The translations under genes and the position numbers were made by a program. A DNA stretch of 64,000 nt from NCBI RefSeq assembly GCF_006345805.1, contig NC_043018.1, forward strand, positions 6,696,001 to 6,760,000, given 5' to 3'. This document shows positions 57,826 through 64,000 of this stretch, in pieces. This stretch comes from Octopus sinensis. Taxonomy: Eukaryota. The notes under the pieces are model-generated. The model made no database searches and was not told the origin of the DNA. It saw nothing but the letters and a program-made list of their open reading frames with translations. Within the stretch, counting starts at the first letter, position 1. Every line of letters begins with the position of its first letter.

Positions 57826-57903
57826 CATACATACATACATACATACATACATACTACGTACATACATGCATACTACATACATACACCTACATACATACAT
57901 ACA

Positions 57904-57935
<32 letters not shown>

Positions 57936-59073
57936 CATACTACCTACATACATACATACATACATACATACGTACTACATACATACACACATACGACATA
58001 CATACATACACATACATACATACATCATACAAAACATACATACATACATACATACATCATACATACATACACACATACACATACATACATACATACATAC
58101 ATACATACATACATCCATACATACATACAACATACATACTACTACATACATACATACATACATACGTACATACATTCATACCAGATACTACATACATACA
58201 TACATACACACATACATACATACACACATACATACATACAACATACATACATACATTCATACATACATTCATACATACATACATACGTACATACATACAT
58301 ACATACACACATACATACATACATACATACATACATTCATACATACATATACTACATACATACATACACATACATATATACACACATACTTCATACATAC
58401 TACATACACACATACATACATACATACATACACACCATACATACATACATACATACATTCATACATACATCACATAATACATACATTCATACATCATACA
58501 TACACAATACATACATACATACATACACACATACATACATACATACATACCTATACATACATACATCACATACATTCATACATACATACATACCACATAC
58601 ATACATACATACATACACACATAGATTCATACATACATACATACATACATTCATACATACATACACACATACATACATACATACAACAACATACATACAT
58701 ACATACATACATACATACATACATACATACACACACACATACATACATACATACATACATACATACATACATCATAATACATACACACATACATTCATAC
58801 ATACATACATACATCATTCATACATACATACATACACACATACATACATACATACACACATACACACATACATACTCATACATACATACATCATACTACA
58901 TACATACATACCTACATACATACATACATACACACATACATTCATACATACATACATACATCACACATACTACATACATCATACATACATTCATACTACA
59001 TACATACATACATACATACATACATACATACATACATACATACATACATACATACTACATACATACATCATAC

Positions 59074-59109
<36 letters not shown>

Positions 59110-61591
59110 CACCACACAACATACATACTACATACATACATACATACATACAATACATACATACATACATACTACATTCATACATACATACATACATACA
59201 TTCATACATCCAACATACATAATACATACATACATACATACCACATACATTCATACATACATACATACACACATACATAAATAATACATACATACATACA
59301 TACATACAACATACATACATACATACAACATACAAACATACATACATACGTACGTACATGCATGCATACATACATACATACATACATACATACACACATA
59401 CATCATACTACATACATACATACATACATTCATACATACATACATACATACATACATACTACATACACACATACATTCATACATACTACATACACACATC
59501 CATTCATACTACATACATACACACATACATACATACATACATACATACAACATACATACATCACCATACGTAATACATACATACATACATACATACATAC
59601 ATACAATACATACATACATACGTACATACATGCATACATACATACATACATACTACATACATACATACTACATACATACGTACAATACTACATACTACAT
59701 ACATACACACATACTACATACATACATACATACATACATACATACATACATACATACATACATACATACATACATACATACATACATACATCATCTACGT
59801 ACATACATGCATACACACATACATACATCACATCATACATACATACATAATACATACATACATACATACGTACACATACATGCATACACACATACGTACA
59901 TACATACATACATACATACATACATACATACAAACATACATACATACATACATACATACATACATACATACATACATACATACATACATACATACAACAC
60001 CATACATACATACATACAACATACATACATACAACATACATACATACATACGTACATACATACATACATACATACATACATACACATACATACATACATA
60101 CATAATTCATACATACATACATACATACATACATACATACACATACATACACACAACATTCATACATACATACATACAACCATACATCATACATACAATA
60201 CATACACCATACATACATACATACATACATACATACATACACACATACGTACATACATACACATACATACATACATACAAACATACATACATACGTACGT
60301 ACATATATTCATACATACATACATACATACACACATACATACATACATACATACATACATACATACATACAACATACAATATATACAATACATACATACA
60401 TACATACATACATACTACATACATACGTACATACATGCATACATACATAACATACACACATACTACATACATACTACATACATACATACATACATATACA
60501 TACATACATACATACATACATACATCATACATACATACAATACATACGTACATACATACATACATACATACATACCACATACATACATACTACATACATA
60601 CATACATACATACATACATACATACTACATACATAACTACATACATACACACATCATCATACATACATACATACATACATACATACATACTACATACATC
60701 CATACATACACACATAATTCATACATACATACATACATACATACATACATACATACATACATTCATACACACATACATACATACATACATACATACCACT
60801 ACATCATACCCACATACATACATACTACATACATACATACATTCATACATACATTCATACATACATACATACATACATACATACATACATACACACATAC
60901 ATACATACATACATACATACTACATTCATACATACTTCATATACATACTACATACATACACTACATACATACCACATACATCATACATACATACATACCA
61001 CTACATACATACTACATACATACAACACATACATACATACATACAACATTCATCATACATTCTACATACATACATACATTCATACATACTACATACACAC
61101 ATACTACTACATACATACACACATACATACATACATACATACTACATACATACACACTCATGCATACATACATACATACATACATACATACATCATACAC
61201 ACATACATTCATACATACATCATACATACATCATACATACATACCACATCCATACATACATACATACACACATACATACATACATACATACATACATACA
61301 TACAAACATACATACATACACACACATACTACATACAAACATACATACATACATACATACATACTACACACACATTCATACATACATACATACAACATAC
61401 ATACATTCATACATACATACATACACACATACATACATACATACATACCACACATACACATACATACATACTACATACATACATACATACATACATACAT
61501 ACATACATACACATACACACATACATTCATAATACATACATACATACACACATACATACATACATACATACATACTTCATACATACATACA

Positions 61592-61625
<34 letters not shown>

Positions 61626-61636
61626 CATTCATACAT

Positions 61637-61671
<35 letters not shown>

Positions 61672-62096
61672 ACAACACACACACATACATACATACAACA
61701 TACATACTACATACGTACATACATACATACATACACATACATACATACATACATACATTCATACATACATACATACATACCATTCATACATCCATACATA
61801 CATACATACATACTACATACATACATACATACACACATACATCATACATACTACATCCACATACAAAATACATACATACAACATACTACATCATACATAC
61901 ATACAAACATACATACTAATACGTACATACTCATACATACATACTACATACATACACACATACATACATACATACATACATTCATACATCATTCTACATA
62001 CATACATACATACATACATACTACATACATACACACATACATCATACATACATACATACACACATACATTCATACATACATACATACAAACATACA

Positions 62097-62128
<32 letters not shown>

Positions 62129-62809
62129 CATACATACACAATCTACATACATACATACTATATACATACATACATACAAACATACATACATACATACGTA
62201 CATACATGCATACATACATACATACATACATACATACATACATACATACATACATACATACATACATACTACATACGTACATACATGCATACATACATAC
62301 ATACCATACATACATACATACACACATCATACATACATACATACATACATACATCATACATACATACACATACATACATACATACATACATACATACTAC
62401 CCATACATACATACATACATACATACATACATACATACATACATACATCATAATACACACATACATTCAACATACATACATACATACATACATACATACA
62501 TACATACATCATACATACGTACATACATCACACACACATACGTACATACTACATACATACATACATACATACATACATACATACATACATACGTACATCC
62601 ATGCATACACACATACGTACATACATACATACATACATACTACATACATATACAACATACATACATACATACATACCTACATACATACATACATACATCA
62701 TACATACATACATACATACACATACATACATACATACATACATACATACATACATACATACATAATTCATACACACATACATACATACATACATACATAC
62801 ATACATACA

Positions 62810-62838
<29 letters not shown>
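50462..62838. repeat. Very long degenerate (TACA)n tetranucleotide array, ~12.4 kb
   Basis: Continuous TACA-based sequence with scattered substitutions and indels and no interspersed elements. It is the source of the HTYI/MYVC ORFs. Confidence 0.97.
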
Positions 62839-62841
<3 letters not shown>

Positions 62842-63566
62842 AGCCTTGTATCTTTGTTGGAAACCAGTTCCCACCTCAGTGAAAGATTTATAATTAAGAC
62901 TAAAAGAGGCATACATACATACAGACAGACAGACAAATAAATACACAAACATGCACACACATTAATCACATACAAACACACGCATAAAACCACACACACC
63001 CACACATATGCTTACTCACACAAAACACACATGTTTAAAACATGAAATTCTTATATGCCAACATCTATGAAAAACTGGAAAAGAATTCTTGAAATTTAAC
63101 TCCAATCATTCCTCCCCTCCACTTCTCCTCCCTCCATTCCCCCACTACACATCGGCAAAATTGTCATATTTGGTAACATTCTGTGGAGTCACTTGTGTGT
63201 TCTTTGCAGAGGACCACACATCAAACGCACAAGACTTTATCGTATCATCTGCTTTGTCATTCATGTCACTTACTAAATAGAAATTTTGTGTGTGTATATA
63301 TATATGTATATATACATACATAAATGTGTATGTGTATATATGTATATACACATACATGTGTGTGTATATACATATATATATATATGTATATACATGTGTG
63401 TATATATATGTGTGTATATGTATATATATATATGTATATGTATATATATATAGATATATATACACACACATATATATATATGCACATATGTATTTATGTA
63501 TATACATATATATAAATATATATATGTATACACACACATATACTGACACACACATACATATGCAAG

Positions 63567-63606
<40 letters not shown>

Positions 63607-64000
63607 GGCATACATATGTATATAATAAATAAAAAATTGTTATTTCTAAATTTCTGAACTGAGAAACATTCAGTAACAGTTTTCGAGAATAAAGATTATA
63701 TGCTAACAAAATGTGGCAGTTCTTATTAGGACGATTGTTACTGTTATTTAGCCCTGGGAAACATCGTCTCCAGCTGGCTATACCACACACTATCTGCGTC
63801 CTTATATTTTCAAACAAGGTTGTTTCGCATCTCCATTCAGCTCAAAGCAATATCTGCGTACCAATGGTTGCTGGGTTATTTCTCTTCATCAGCACAGCAT
63901 AACTGCTCAGCTAGAGATGGCACTACTAAACTCTTGTTCAAAATATATACTTTTCAAAGTGACACACAGTCACTGATCTAATAAATAGAAAATTATTATT

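Noticed and set aside
56571-62842. 883-aa and 1070-aa ORFs (HTYI repeats) and the many MYVC/YIYI/poly-D/poly-H ORFs throughout the window
   Set aside because: They are stop-free translations of TACA, TA, CA, GAT and GA microsatellites, with no splice or codon evidence.

Overview
This is AT-rich, repeat-dominated eukaryotic DNA. The SINE and LINE families and microsatellite load point to an octopus (coleoid cephalopod) genome; this is inferred from repeat-family recognition, not a database search. Almost all ORFs in the supplied track are translations of microsatellites. Host coding signal is small. One clean minus-strand HEAT-repeat exon (30731-30914) resembles HEATR4. On the plus strand, three phase-compatible exons (20203-21839) spell an unrecognised protein with a signal-peptide-like N-terminus; this gene may be nested antisense in an intron of the HEAT gene. 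Mobile DNA includes a Penelope-like retroelement, a CR1-like LINE inserted inside a pogo-type MITE, and a Tc1 element with DD36E spacing. It also includes mariner relics, RTE and R4/Dong-like LINE ends, hAT-like MITEs and many tRNA-derived SINEs. A ~12.4 kb (TACA)n array fills 50.5-62.8 kb. The most unusual non-coding signal is a set of hammerhead-ribozyme motifs. One is fully canonical (39159-39222). Several variant or decayed ones lie in or between the arms of fold-back (inverted-repeat) elements. I cannot demonstrate a new biological system from sequence alone; the best leads are the unknown plus-strand gene and the hammerhead fold-back elements.
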